64,000 bases of DNA from Deltaproteobacteria bacterium GWC2_65_14 (lineage in GTDB: Bacteria; Desulfobacterota; Deferrimicrobia; Deferrimicrobiales; Deferrimicrobiaceae): contig MGPV01000022.1 in the NCBI GenBank assembly GCA_001797615.1, forward strand, positions 5,311 to 69,310. Direction: 5' to 3'. Below the pieces are notes generated by a model. The model saw nothing but the letters and a program-made list of their open reading frames with translations. It made no database searches and was not told the DNA's origin. Every line of letters begins with the position of its first letter. Position 1 is the first letter of the stretch. A program made the position numbers and the translations under genes. Shown one piece after another: positions 43,287 to 52,554 of the stretch.

Positions 43287-44816
43287 TCAGCTCCCCGGGG
43301 TGATGTTCTCCGGGAGCCGGTACTGGATCGCCTCGGCCACGTGCTGGGCGGCGACCCGTTTCTCGCGCGCCAGATCGGCGATCGTCCGGGCGACCCGTCC
43401 CGTCTTGTTCAGCGCCCTTCCGGACAGCTTCAGCCGGTCCGCCGCGCGCACGAGAAGGATCCGCGCCTCGGGGGCGAACGAGGAGATCAGCTCGGAAAAG
43501 GGGGCTCGCGCGTCCCCGTTCGTGCGCCAGGGGCGGCCGGAATGCCGCTTCGCCTGGATCCGCCGGCATTCCATGACCCGCCCGCGCACCGTCGCCGAGT
43601 CTTCCCCCCACGATCCGGCCGACCATTCGTCGCCGGGAACCGGGACGACCGAGAGGGAGAGGTCCACCCGGTCCAGGAGCGGCCCGGAGAATTTCCGGGA
43701 GAATCTCTCGCGCAGCGCGGGGGTGCACCGGCAGACCTTCCGGGGGTGCCCGGCGTTCCCGCACGGGCAGAGATTGGTGGCGGCGAGGAGGAGGAACCGG
43801 CAGGGGAACCGGCAGGCGGTTCCGGCCCGCGCGATCACGACCTCCCCGGACTCGAGCGGCTGTCGGAGCGACTCCCGCACCTCCGGCCGGAACTCGGAGA
43901 ACTCGTCGAGGAAGAGGACCCCGCCGTGGGCGAAGCTCGCCTCCCCGGGGCGGGGGGGGGAGGCGCCCCCGAGCAGTCCCGCCCGGGTGACCGAGTGGTG
44001 GGGCGCACGGAAGGGCCGGCGGGTCAGGATGGAGGGCCAGGGAGGCTCTCCCGCGGCGCTGTAGATCCGCGCGGTCTCCAGCGCCTCCTCCCCCGAGAAC
44101 TCGGGAAGGATCCCGGGGATCCGCTCCGCGAGCATGGTCTTCCCGCACCCCGGGGGGCCGGCGAACAGCAGCGGATGGTTCCCGGCGGCGGAAATCTCCA
44201 GGACCCTGCGTCCGAGCGGCTGGCCGACCACGTCCCGAAGATCCATCGCCGGGGAGCCGGGCGAAACGGGAAGAGGGGCGGGGCCGGGATCCGGCGGCTC
44301 CGGCGATTCCCCGGAGAGGCGGAAGGCGGCCTGCCGGAGCGAATCCGCCGTGAGGACCCGGATGCCGGGAACCAGAGCGGCTTCCGACCGGTTCGCGGCG
44401 GGGACGAGGATCCCCGCGAGCCCCATCTCCCGGGCCAGAAGCCCCTGCGGCAGGACTCCGCGAACCGGCTTGAGGGAGCCGTCCAGCGACAGTTCCCCCG
44501 CCACCAGGTAGTCCCTCAGCGCGTCTCCCGGGAAGACCCCTTCCGCGCAAAGCAGGGAGAGGGCGATCGGAAGGTCGAGCAGAGCCCCCTCTTTCCTCAG
44601 GTCCGCGGGGGCCAGGCTGATCGTGATCTTCCGGCCCGGGTAGGGGAGGCCGGAATTGCGGATGGCCGCACGGATCCGGTCGGCGCTTTCCCGGACCGAC
44701 CCTCCCGGAAGGCCCACGAGCGTCAGGGAAGGCAATCCGCGGGAGATGTCGGTTTCCACTTCGACCGGGATCGCTTCGATCCCGGACAGGGTCGCGGTCA
44801 GCACCCGGACCAGCAC
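43287..44816 (-). CDS. comM: YifB/ComM family Mg-chelatase-like AAA+ ATPase
   Basis: about 509 aa from GTG 44816: VLVRVLTATLSGIEAIPVEVE...FAGPPGCGKTMLA (Walker A)... Confidence 0.8.
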   Translation of the reverse strand: MLVRVLTATLSGIEAIPVEVETDISRGLPSLTLVGLPGGSVRESADRIRAAIRNSGLPYPGRKITISLAPADLRKEGALLDLPIALSLLCAEGVFPGDALRDYLVAGELSLDGSLKPVRGVLPQGLLAREMGLAGILVPAANRSEAALVPGIRVLTADSLRQAAFRLSGESPEPPDPGPAPLPVSPGSPAMDLRDVVGQPLGRRVLEISAAGNHPLLFAGPPGCGKTMLAERIPGILPEFSGEEALETARIYSAAGEPPWPSILTRRPFRAPHHSVTRAGLLGGASPPRPGEASFAHGGVLFLDEFSEFRPEVRESLRQPLESGEVVIARAGTACRFPCRFLLLAATNLCPCGNAGHPRKVCRCTPALRERFSRKFSGPLLDRVDLSLSVVPVPGDEWSAGSWGEDSATVRGRVMECRRIQAKRHSGRPWRTNGDARAPFSELISSFAPEARILLVRAADRLKLSGRALNKTGRVARTIADLAREKRVAAQHVAEAIQYRLPENITPGS

Positions 44817-45105
44817 GCGGCCTCCCCCGGCCTCCCCCCGGTTTCCGGAGGACCGGTTCCGGGAGGGGGCGATCGTTTCCCTCCGGGAGGTGCAACCCTC
44901 GTACCGGCCGGTAACGCTTCGGGGTGCGCCCGTCCAGCGTCCGCCTGGACCGGCGCCCGGACATTCCGGACCGGAGGGGGACCGGGAAACCGATGGCCGA
45001 GGGAGGTTTGTTGATGGGGGAGGTCGTTTCGAATAGAATGTCGGAGACGAGGCCGGTCCCGGACCGGTCCGGGGGGAGGCGTTGCCCAAGGACGGAAGGG
45101 TGAGC

Positions 45106-45630
45106 ATGGCCGACGTATCGGGGAAGGGGGAAACCGTCCGGACGGCGGTCGCCGAAGGGAGGGTGTTCCTGTCCCGTCCGGCCTGGGAAATGCTGAGGAA
45201 GGGAGAGATCCCGAAGGGAGATGTCCTGTCGGTGGCGCGCGTGGCCGGGATCTCCGCGGCCAAGGACACCTCCCGGATCCTTCCCCTGTGCCACCCGCTC
45301 CCGCTCGATTCGGTCCGGGTCGATCTTTCCCTCCCCGCGCCGGGAGAGGTGCGGATCGAGGCGGAGGCCAAGACCTGCGCGAAGACGGGGGTCGAAATGG
45401 AGGCGCTCACCGCGGTGGCCGCCGCAGCGCTCTGCGTCTACGACATGGCCAAGCCGGTGGACCGGTCGATCCGGATCGAGGGGATCCGCCTGCTGCGGAA
45501 AACCGGCGGGAAACTCGGAGACTACGTGGCGCCCGGCCTGGAAAGCCCCCGGCGGAGCCGGACCGCCAGCCGGGCGGCCTCCCGGGATTCCTCCTCCGGC
45601 AGCGGGCGCGGGCCGAAACGGTCCAGGTGA
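45106..45630 (+). CDS. moaC: cyclic pyranopterin monophosphate synthase accessory protein MoaC
   Basis: MADVSGKGETVRTAVAEGRV...ALTAVAAAALCVYDMAKP...; 3' end uncertain (ORF runs on in low-complexity sequence and converges with tgpA). Confidence 0.75.
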   Translation: MADVSGKGETVRTAVAEGRVFLSRPAWEMLRKGEIPKGDVLSVARVAGISAAKDTSRILPLCHPLPLDSVRVDLSLPAPGEVRIEAEAKTCAKTGVEMEALTAVAAAALCVYDMAKPVDRSIRIEGIRLLRKTGGKLGDYVAPGLESPRRSRTASRAASRDSSSGSGRGPKRSR

Positions 45631-47582
45631 TAGAGGCGGAGGAAGCGCCCTGCCTCCTCCGCGAGCAACGGGGATCCCTGCACCGCGCGGTCCAGCATCT
45701 CCTCCAGCGTCGTGCCGGGGGAGCGCCGTAATCCTTTCGAGGCAAGGAATTTCAGAAGACGGCCGTAGGAGCGGGGAAGCCGCTCCCCGGCGCGTCCGGT
45801 TCCAAAGAGGACCGGCGGGCGGAATCGCTTCCGCAGGATCCACGCGAGGGAAACCGCGCAGGCCGACACGACGGCCGCTGCCCCCGCGGTCCGCCCACGA
45901 GGGAGTCCTTCCCACCCCCGGATCCGGTCCCGGAGACTCCAGCGGGCGCGACGCACGGCGGTCCAGCTCCGGGACACCGCTTCCGCCTGCATCTTCAGCG
46001 AGTAGTTGATCACGTACTTGTTCCACCGCTGCCGCGCCCAGTCCAGGTAGATTCCCAGCAGCCCGGTTTTCACGGAGAAGGGGGAGTCCCCTCCGGCCGG
46101 GGGGGTGGCGTCCAGCGTGACCCAACGGCCCTCGATCCATCCTTCCGTCCAGGCGTGGGCGTCGGACTGCCGGACGATCAGGTAGTTCCCGGGGGCGCTC
46201 CACTCCCCCCCGAGATACCCCGCGGCGACCCTGGCGGGGATCCCGGCGGAACGCAGGAGCAGCGCGAGACCGGTGGCGTAGTGCTCGCAATACCCCGCCT
46301 TCCGGACGAAGAGGAATTCCTGGACCGTGCCGGCCGGATCGTCCAGCGTGTACCGGAAGCCCGACCGGAAGTGCGAAAGAAGCCGTTCCGCCTTCTCCCG
46401 GTCGGTCCCCGCCCCCGCCGCGATCCGTTCCGCCAGGCCGCGGACATCCTCCATCCCGGGCGGGAGGGCGAGGGCTCCGTCCCGGGCGGCGGGGAGCAGT
46501 TTTTCCCGGGAGGAGCCGCCCTGCGCGAACCGGACCCGGTACCGCACCGCGGAGCGCAACGGCTCCTGGAACGAGTAGCTTCCCGCAAGGTCGGTCCACA
46601 GGTGCCCGAGGTCCCCCTCGATGGTGACCGGCGTCCCGTAGACGAAGAGCGCCGGGTGGCTCGCGGGCTCCAGGACGATCTCGGCCGTGGAGAGCGGTCC
46701 CCCGGTAGGGGGGGAACCGGCGAGATAGTAGAACCCGCTCCGGGAGACGCCGACCAGGGGAGTTCCGCCGCGCCTCCAGCGCGAGCCGTCGAACCGGGAA
46801 TAGACCGCTCCCCGGAGGTAGAGGTCCGTCGGTACGGTCGAGGGGGCCAGCTCCGGAAACTCGATCCGGGCAGCGACCCTCCGGTCGGTCTTGGCGGAGG
46901 TGACGTCCCGGAGGGTGATCGTGTCGGAAAACCCCGGAAGCCCGGCCGACCGGCTCAGGTGCCGAAGGATGTGACCGATCCCGATCCGGGGGATCGCCAC
47001 GAAGAGTACGGCCGTCATCGCGAAACCGGCGACGGCGGCCAGCGAAAGCAGACGGACCGCGAATCCCGGGAGGACCTCCGCCGCGGCCTCCCGGAGCTCC
47101 GCCTCCTCCTCCAGGTGAAGGGCCCACATCGCCCCCGCGGAGAGCCCGAGAAAGAGAAGAAGGAAAAGGGCGAACTGGATCTCCGAGGAGACGGCGGCGG
47201 CGGCGAGAAACTCGAGGAAGGAGACGGCGCAGAGCTGCCAGCCGTCCCGGGTCGTCTTGGGAAGGAGGAACTTGACCGACTGGACTCCGAGAACCAGCAG
47301 GGTGACGGCCGAAAGGAGGTCCCGGCTGCCGGCGAAGAAGTCGGCGGAGGCTGCGAGGGCCGTCGCCAGGACCAGAGGCGTCGAGAGGCGATGCCAGCCC
47401 GGCCGTTCCGTGCCCGCCCGGTCCAGCAGGACCCCGAGGAGGAAGGCGGCGGTCGCCGCGGCCAGTCCCGCCCGGGAGATCTCCGTGAGAAAGAACAGGG
47501 GGAGAAGCCCGGCGATCCAGTGGGCCCGGAGGCAATACCAGAGGATCGGCGGGAGGGGAGGATGCCTCCGTTCCCGCCTCAC
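45522..47582 (-). CDS. transglutaminase-like protein TgpA (DUF3488 membrane domain + transglutaminase core)
   Basis: GTG start overlaps DUF58 stop (GTGA); multi-TM N-terminus, then ...AGYCEHYATGLALLLRSAGIPARVAAGY...DAHAWTEGWIEGRWVTLDATP (Cys-His-Asp core). Confidence 0.7.
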   Translation of the reverse strand: MRRERRHPPLPPILWYCLRAHWIAGLLPLFFLTEISRAGLAAATAAFLLGVLLDRAGTERPGWHRLSTPLVLATALAASADFFAGSRDLLSAVTLLVLGVQSVKFLLPKTTRDGWQLCAVSFLEFLAAAAVSSEIQFALFLLLFLGLSAGAMWALHLEEEAELREAAAEVLPGFAVRLLSLAAVAGFAMTAVLFVAIPRIGIGHILRHLSRSAGLPGFSDTITLRDVTSAKTDRRVAARIEFPELAPSTVPTDLYLRGAVYSRFDGSRWRRGGTPLVGVSRSGFYYLAGSPPTGGPLSTAEIVLEPASHPALFVYGTPVTIEGDLGHLWTDLAGSYSFQEPLRSAVRYRVRFAQGGSSREKLLPAARDGALALPPGMEDVRGLAERIAAGAGTDREKAERLLSHFRSGFRYTLDDPAGTVQEFLFVRKAGYCEHYATGLALLLRSAGIPARVAAGYLGGEWSAPGNYLIVRQSDAHAWTEGWIEGRWVTLDATPPAGGDSPFSVKTGLLGIYLDWARQRWNKYVINYSLKMQAEAVSRSWTAVRRARWSLRDRIRGWEGLPRGRTAGAAAVVSACAVSLAWILRKRFRPPVLFGTGRAGERLPRSYGRLLKFLASKGLRRSPGTTLEEMLDRAVQGSPLLAEEAGRFLRLYHLDRFGPRPLPEEESREAARLAVRLRRGLSRPGAT

Positions 47583-48520
47583 GGGGATTCCGCCTCCGCC
47601 GTCGCCAGGAAGAAGAGGGCCCGGCGACGCCGGTCCGCCTGCGACGGTTCCACGGAGGGACCCCTGCCGATCCGAAGGCGGTAGAGGCGACCCTCCCGCT
47701 CCAGGCGGAGGACGAGTCCGCACGCCCTCGACAGGTGCCGTTCGAGCTGCTCCTCCGGGGAGGACAGGGGAACCCGGATGTCGACGACCCGGTCCGGCTC
47801 CGCCTCCCGCTCCTTCACCATCCACCGTCCCCGTTTCGCGGAGGCTTTCCAGTGGATCTCCCGGACCGGGTCGGCGGGCATGTGCTCCCGCGCGCCCCGG
47901 ACCATAGGCCCCTGCCTTCCCGCGGGGGTCTGTCCCCCGTCCGGAAGCTCCCCGGATCGGAGGAGTTCGGTCGCCCCGCTGCTCTCCGGCTCCGGGTAGA
48001 CCAGCAGGGAGGACGCCGGGACCATGAGGCGCCGCGATTTTTCGAACAGGCCGAACGGGAAGCGGGTGGAGATTGTGCAGGAGAAGGGGGGGACGGAACC
48101 TCTGCGGGAAGGACGCCATTCCACGACCCGGTCGGCGGATCCCCCGGGGGGGATTACCGGAAACCGGACCGTTCCGCAGGCCACCGGGGGGCCGGGAGTC
48201 ACCGCGAGGGAAACCGCGGGGAACCGCTTCCCCGGGGCGGAGCAGGTCAGGACGAGGAAGGAGGGCCGTCCCGCGAAGGCCTCCGAGGCATGGCGGATCG
48301 CGACCCGGACTCCCCGGATCGATCCCTCCGAGAGGATCCCCGACAGGATGATCAGGGAGAGGTTCATGCTGAAGGCGAGGTAGAGGAGGTTGTTCCCGGT
48401 GTTCACCGCCGCCGCGCCGACCCCGAGAGTGAGCGCGATGAAGCCCTTGCCCGAAAAGGTGATCCGAAGGCTCCTCGGGAAGAGGGGCCGTTTCCGGAAC
48501 CTGCCGGGAAGCGGGGTCAC
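47579..48520 (-). CDS. DUF58 family protein
   Basis: 313 aa; N-terminal TM helices then DUF58-like region; 4-nt overlaps with moxR and tgpA. Confidence 0.75.
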   Translation of the reverse strand: MTPLPGRFRKRPLFPRSLRITFSGKGFIALTLGVGAAAVNTGNNLLYLAFSMNLSLIILSGILSEGSIRGVRVAIRHASEAFAGRPSFLVLTCSAPGKRFPAVSLAVTPGPPVACGTVRFPVIPPGGSADRVVEWRPSRRGSVPPFSCTISTRFPFGLFEKSRRLMVPASSLLVYPEPESSGATELLRSGELPDGGQTPAGRQGPMVRGAREHMPADPVREIHWKASAKRGRWMVKEREAEPDRVVDIRVPLSSPEEQLERHLSRACGLVLRLEREGRLYRLRIGRGPSVEPSQADRRRRALFFLATAEAESP

Positions 48521-49464
48521 AGGGGAGCCGGGACGGCCTCCAGGATCTCCGAGAGGACCGATTCCGCCGCCTCCGTGTCCGCCCCCTCGCCGGGCGCCCC
48601 CTTCAGGAAGATCCGGTGACAGAGAACGGGTCCCGCGGCCCTCCGGACATCCCCGGGGATCACATGATCCCTCCCGGAGAGCAGGGCGAGCGCCTGGGTG
48701 GTGTTTTTCAGCCCGATCGCCCCGCGGGGCGACGCTCCCAGCCGGACCGCGGGATGGACTCTCGTGGCCTCCACCAGGCGGTGGATGTAGTCCAGGATCG
48801 GCTCCCGGACGGTCACCTGCTCGGCCCGGGTCCTCATCTCGAGGATCTCCTCCGGGAGCAGGACCGGACGGATCCCGTCACGGCCGCGGAAGAGGGTGCT
48901 CTCCCGGATGAGCCGGAGTTCCGATTCCCGGTCCGGGTATCTCAGCCGGAGACGGAGATTGAACCGGTCGAGCTGCGACTCCGGCAGGGGATAGGTCCCG
49001 TGCTGCTCGAAGGGGTTCTGGGTGGCGATGACGAGAAACGGGTCCGGAAGGGGATAGGTCCGGTTGTCGACGGAGACCTGCCGCTCGCTCATCGCCTCGA
49101 GAAGCGCGCTCTGGGCCCTGGGATTGCTCCGGTTGATCTCGTCCGCGAGCACGATGTTCGCGAACAGCGGCCCCGGCGAGAAGGTGAAGCGCTTCCGGTC
49201 GACGTCGAAGATGTGGACCCCGACCACGTCCTGTGGGAGAAGGTCGCTCGTGAACTGCACCCGGCGGAAGGTGCCCGAGATTCCGGCCGCGATCGCCCGG
49301 GCGAGGGTCGTCTTTCCGGTCCCCGGGATATCCTCGAGCAGGATGTGCCCCCCGGCGAGGAAGGAGGCCAGGGCCAGCTCGACCTCGGGCCGTTTTCCGA
49401 GGAGAACCGATTCCACCGTGTCCCGCAGCCGCGAGATCCGGGCCGTTGCGTCCGAAAGGTCCAT
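48517..49464 (-). CDS. MoxR-family AAA+ ATPase
   Basis: 315 aa MDLSDATARISRLRDTVESV...GHILLEDIPGTGKTTLA (Walker A)...VLADEINRSNPRAQSALLEAM... Confidence 0.85.
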   Translation of the reverse strand: MDLSDATARISRLRDTVESVLLGKRPEVELALASFLAGGHILLEDIPGTGKTTLARAIAAGISGTFRRVQFTSDLLPQDVVGVHIFDVDRKRFTFSPGPLFANIVLADEINRSNPRAQSALLEAMSERQVSVDNRTYPLPDPFLVIATQNPFEQHGTYPLPESQLDRFNLRLRLRYPDRESELRLIRESTLFRGRDGIRPVLLPEEILEMRTRAEQVTVREPILDYIHRLVEATRVHPAVRLGASPRGAIGLKNTTQALALLSGRDHVIPGDVRRAAGPVLCHRIFLKGAPGEGADTEAAESVLSEILEAVPAPL

Positions 49465-49560
49465 GCATATAGTATCGCCGAAATGCTTCCGCGACTTCGG
49501 TCGAAAATCGGGAACGGAACTTGAACCCTCCCCCCCGGGGGAACCGGAAGAAGGAGGGAG

Positions 49561-50143
49561 GATGAGGGGCTGGGCCGGCCGGGACGGGAGGCCGCTGGAG
49601 CACGAGGAGGAGGAATCGCTGTTCCGGGCCGCGTTTCCCGCGGACTGGGAGGGGATGCGGGGGGCCGCCCGGGGAGCTCGTCCCGGGGACACCGCGATGA
49701 CCGGGCGCTGGGAGGCGGTGCTGGAGATCGCGCGGCGCGCCCTCTCCGCCCCGCGCAGCCGGCCCGCCCCGTTTTCCTCCGCGGGGGATGTGCACGAGAG
49801 GTACCGGTACCGGCTCGGGGATCTCCGCGTGGAGGTCTTCCTCGTCCTTCTGCTCGACGCCAGGCACAGACTGCTGGGCGACTTCCGGGCCTCGACCGGG
49901 ATCCTGAACGGAAGCCTGGTCCACCCCCGGGAGGTGTTCTCGGCGGCGGTCGCGGAGAGGGCGGCGGCGGTCATCCTCGTGCACAACCACCCCAGCGGCG
50001 ATCCCGCCCCCAGCCGGGAGGACCGGGAGATCACGGAGAGGATCCGGGCGGCGGGCGGAATCCTGGGGATTCCGGTGCTGGATCATGTGATAATCGGAAG
50101 TTGCACCTTTTACAGCTTCCGGGAGGAAGCGGGTTGGGGATAA
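49561..50143 (+). CDS. radC: RadC-family (JAB/MPN) protein
   Basis: 194 aa ...AVILVHNHPSGDPAPSREDREIT... (JAMM H-x-H-x7-S-x2-D motif). Confidence 0.8.
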
Positions 50144-50865
50144 CGGGGTTTTTCAGGTCCGCCGCGATTCTGCTCCTCACCATCGGGGCCTCCCTGGCCG
50201 CGACGCTGGCCGGTGCGGTCACAAGGAGCGAGAGGCTCCCCGCGGAGATCGTGAAGCGGTGGGGGAAGCGGTTCGTCCGCATCGGGGGCTGGCCGGTGCG
50301 GGTCGAGGACGCCGGACGGATTCCGGAGGGAGGGGTCATCCTGGTTGCGAACCACCAGAGCCTCGTGGACATTCCGCTTCTGCTCTCCGCATTCCCCCGG
50401 GAGATCCGCTTCATCGCCAAGCGGGAGCTGGGGCGGATCCCCCTGTTCGGCCATGCGATGACGGCGTCGGGGAACCTGTTCGTCGACCGGGAGGATCCGC
50501 GGGACGCCGTCCACATGATGCGGCAGGCATCGGCGCTGCTCGCGAAGGGGCGCGCGCTGGTCGTCTTTCCGGAGGGGACCCGAAGCGGCGACGGCTCGAT
50601 CGGGGAGTTCCGCCCGGGGGCCTTCCACATCGCCTGGAAGACCGGGTTCCCGCTGGTTCCCGTCTACCTGGACGGCGGGAGACGGGCGCTTCCGAAGGGG
50701 AGCCTGCTGTTCCGCCCGGCCGAGCTGGTCGTGCGGGTCCTTCCGCCGGTTTCTGCCGGTCCCGGCCGCCCGCTCTCGCGGGACGGGATGGCGGAGGAGA
50801 CCCGGCGCCGGCTCCTGTCGGCGAAGGACGAGGAGGAGGGACGGTGCGCCGTCGCGACGTCATGA
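50134..50865 (+). CDS. plsC: 1-acyl-sn-glycerol-3-phosphate acyltransferase
   Basis: 243 aa from TTG 50134 (GGAGGAA 5 nt upstream); VANHQSLVD (HX4D) and VFPEGTRS motifs. Confidence 0.8.
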   Translation: MGITGFFRSAAILLLTIGASLAATLAGAVTRSERLPAEIVKRWGKRFVRIGGWPVRVEDAGRIPEGGVILVANHQSLVDIPLLLSAFPREIRFIAKRELGRIPLFGHAMTASGNLFVDREDPRDAVHMMRQASALLAKGRALVVFPEGTRSGDGSIGEFRPGAFHIAWKTGFPLVPVYLDGGRRALPKGSLLFRPAELVVRVLPPVSAGPGRPLSRDGMAEETRRRLLSAKDEEEGRCAVATS

Positions 50866-50899
50866 GGCACGCGGCGGGATCCGCCGGGAGGGACGGGAA

Positions 50900-52552
50900 A
50901 TGCCGCTGCGCGTGATACCGCTCGGTGGGCTGGGCGAGATCGGCCTGAACTCGATGCTCTTCGACGACGGGGAGTCGGCCCTCCTCGTGGACGCCGGCCT
51001 CATGTTCCCGGACGACACGATGCCGGGGGTCGACTTCGTCATCCCCGACTTCGGCTTTCTCCGGGAGGTCGGCTCCCGGCTCGAGGGGGTTCTTCTCACC
51101 CACGGGCACGAGGACCATATCGGGGCCGTGGCCTTCCTGCTCAAGGAATTCGACCTCCCCGTCTACGGCACCCGCCTGACGCTCGGTCTCCTTCGGAATC
51201 GGCTGGCCGAGCACGGGCTGGCGGAGACGGCGAGGCTTCGCACGATCGGCCGCACCGAGCGGTTCCGGCTCGGCCGGTTCGACCTGGAGGCCTTCCCCGT
51301 CTGCCACAGCATCCCGGACGGGATCGGGTACATCCTCCGGTGCGGGGAGGGGGTGTTCGTCCACACGGGGGACTTCAAGCTCGACGCCCGTCCCCTGGAC
51401 GGCGTGGGGACCGATCTCGGGCGGCTGGAACGGCTCGCCCGGGAGGAGGGGGTCACGGCCCTCTTCTCCGACTCCACGAACGTGGAGCGCAACGGCGTCA
51501 GCCTCCCCGAGGCGTTCGTGGGAGAGGCCCTCTCGGAGATTTTCGGCGGCGCGGAGGGCCGGGTCATCGTCGCGATGTTCTCCTCGAACATCCACCGGAT
51601 CCAGGAGGCGCTGAACGCGGCCGCGCGCCACGGGAGGAAGGTGGCGCTCTGCGGGAGGAGCATGGTCGGGAACGTGGCCACCGCGATCGAGTTGGGGTGC
51701 ATGCGCCTTCCGGATCCCGACATCCTGGTCCCCGCGGAGAGCGCCGAAACCCTCCCGGGAAAGGAGGTGGCGGTGCTGACCACCGGCAGCCAGGGGGAGC
51801 CCCGGTCGGCCCTCTCCCTGATGGCGCTGGGGGAGCACAAGTCGATCCGCATCCGGGCGGGGGACACGGCGGTCCTGTCGTCCAAGTTCATCCCGGGGAA
51901 CGAGCGGGCGATCGCGAACGTGATCAACCATCTCTTCCTTTCCGGCGCCGACGTGCTCTATGAGAAGATCTCGGAGATCCACGTGTCCGGGCATGCCAGC
52001 CGGGACGAGCTCCGCTCCATGGTCCGGGCGGTCCGTCCCGACTACTTCATCCCGGTCCACGGGGAGCCGCGGCACCTGATCATGCACTGCACCCTCGCCC
52101 GGGAGGAGGGGGTGGGCCATGCCGAACTGGTGCGCAACGGGGAGATCCTCGAGTTCTCCTCCGGGAAGATGGGGCGGGACGGCAGGGTCCAGGTGGGGCG
52201 CCTGTTCGTGGACGGGAAGGACGTGGGGGAGGTCGAGGGGCTTGTCCTCAAGGACCGCTTCCACCTCGCGAAGAGCGGGCTGGTCATGGTGGTGCTGGCC
52301 GTTTCGCGGGCCGGCGGGGAGATCCTGTACGGCCCCGAGGTCGTGGCCCGCGGCGTGGTGTCGGAAAACGGATCGGACACGATCCTGGAGGGGGCCCGGG
52401 AGACGGTCCTGGCCGTCTGGGAGGAGGCGGGGGTCGAAACGAGGAAGGACATGGCCGAGCTGACGACGGGCATCCGGAAGGCGCTGCGCCGCTTCTTCAA
52501 CAAGCGGCTGGAGCGGAAGCCGATGATCGTGCCCGTCCTCCTGGAGCTCTGA
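50900..52552 (+). CDS. rnj: ribonuclease J (metallo-beta-lactamase/beta-CASP)
   Basis: 550 aa MPLRVIPLGGLGEIGLNSMLF...LLTHGHEDHIGA (HxHxDH). Confidence 0.9.
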   Translation: MPLRVIPLGGLGEIGLNSMLFDDGESALLVDAGLMFPDDTMPGVDFVIPDFGFLREVGSRLEGVLLTHGHEDHIGAVAFLLKEFDLPVYGTRLTLGLLRNRLAEHGLAETARLRTIGRTERFRLGRFDLEAFPVCHSIPDGIGYILRCGEGVFVHTGDFKLDARPLDGVGTDLGRLERLAREEGVTALFSDSTNVERNGVSLPEAFVGEALSEIFGGAEGRVIVAMFSSNIHRIQEALNAAARHGRKVALCGRSMVGNVATAIELGCMRLPDPDILVPAESAETLPGKEVAVLTTGSQGEPRSALSLMALGEHKSIRIRAGDTAVLSSKFIPGNERAIANVINHLFLSGADVLYEKISEIHVSGHASRDELRSMVRAVRPDYFIPVHGEPRHLIMHCTLAREEGVGHAELVRNGEILEFSSGKMGRDGRVQVGRLFVDGKDVGEVEGLVLKDRFHLAKSGLVMVVLAVSRAGGEILYGPEVVARGVVSENGSDTILEGARETVLAVWEEAGVETRKDMAELTTGIRKALRRFFNKRLERKPMIVPVLLEL

Positions 52553-52554
52553 CG

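Noticed and set aside
45570-45630. Extended C-terminus of MoaC (…SPRRSRTASRAASRDSSSGSGRGPKRSR) overlapping the tgpA 3' end
   Set aside because: This is probably ORF run-on in low-complexity sequence. The exact MoaC stop cannot be fixed without alignment, and the convergent overlap with tgpA is likely apparent rather than real.
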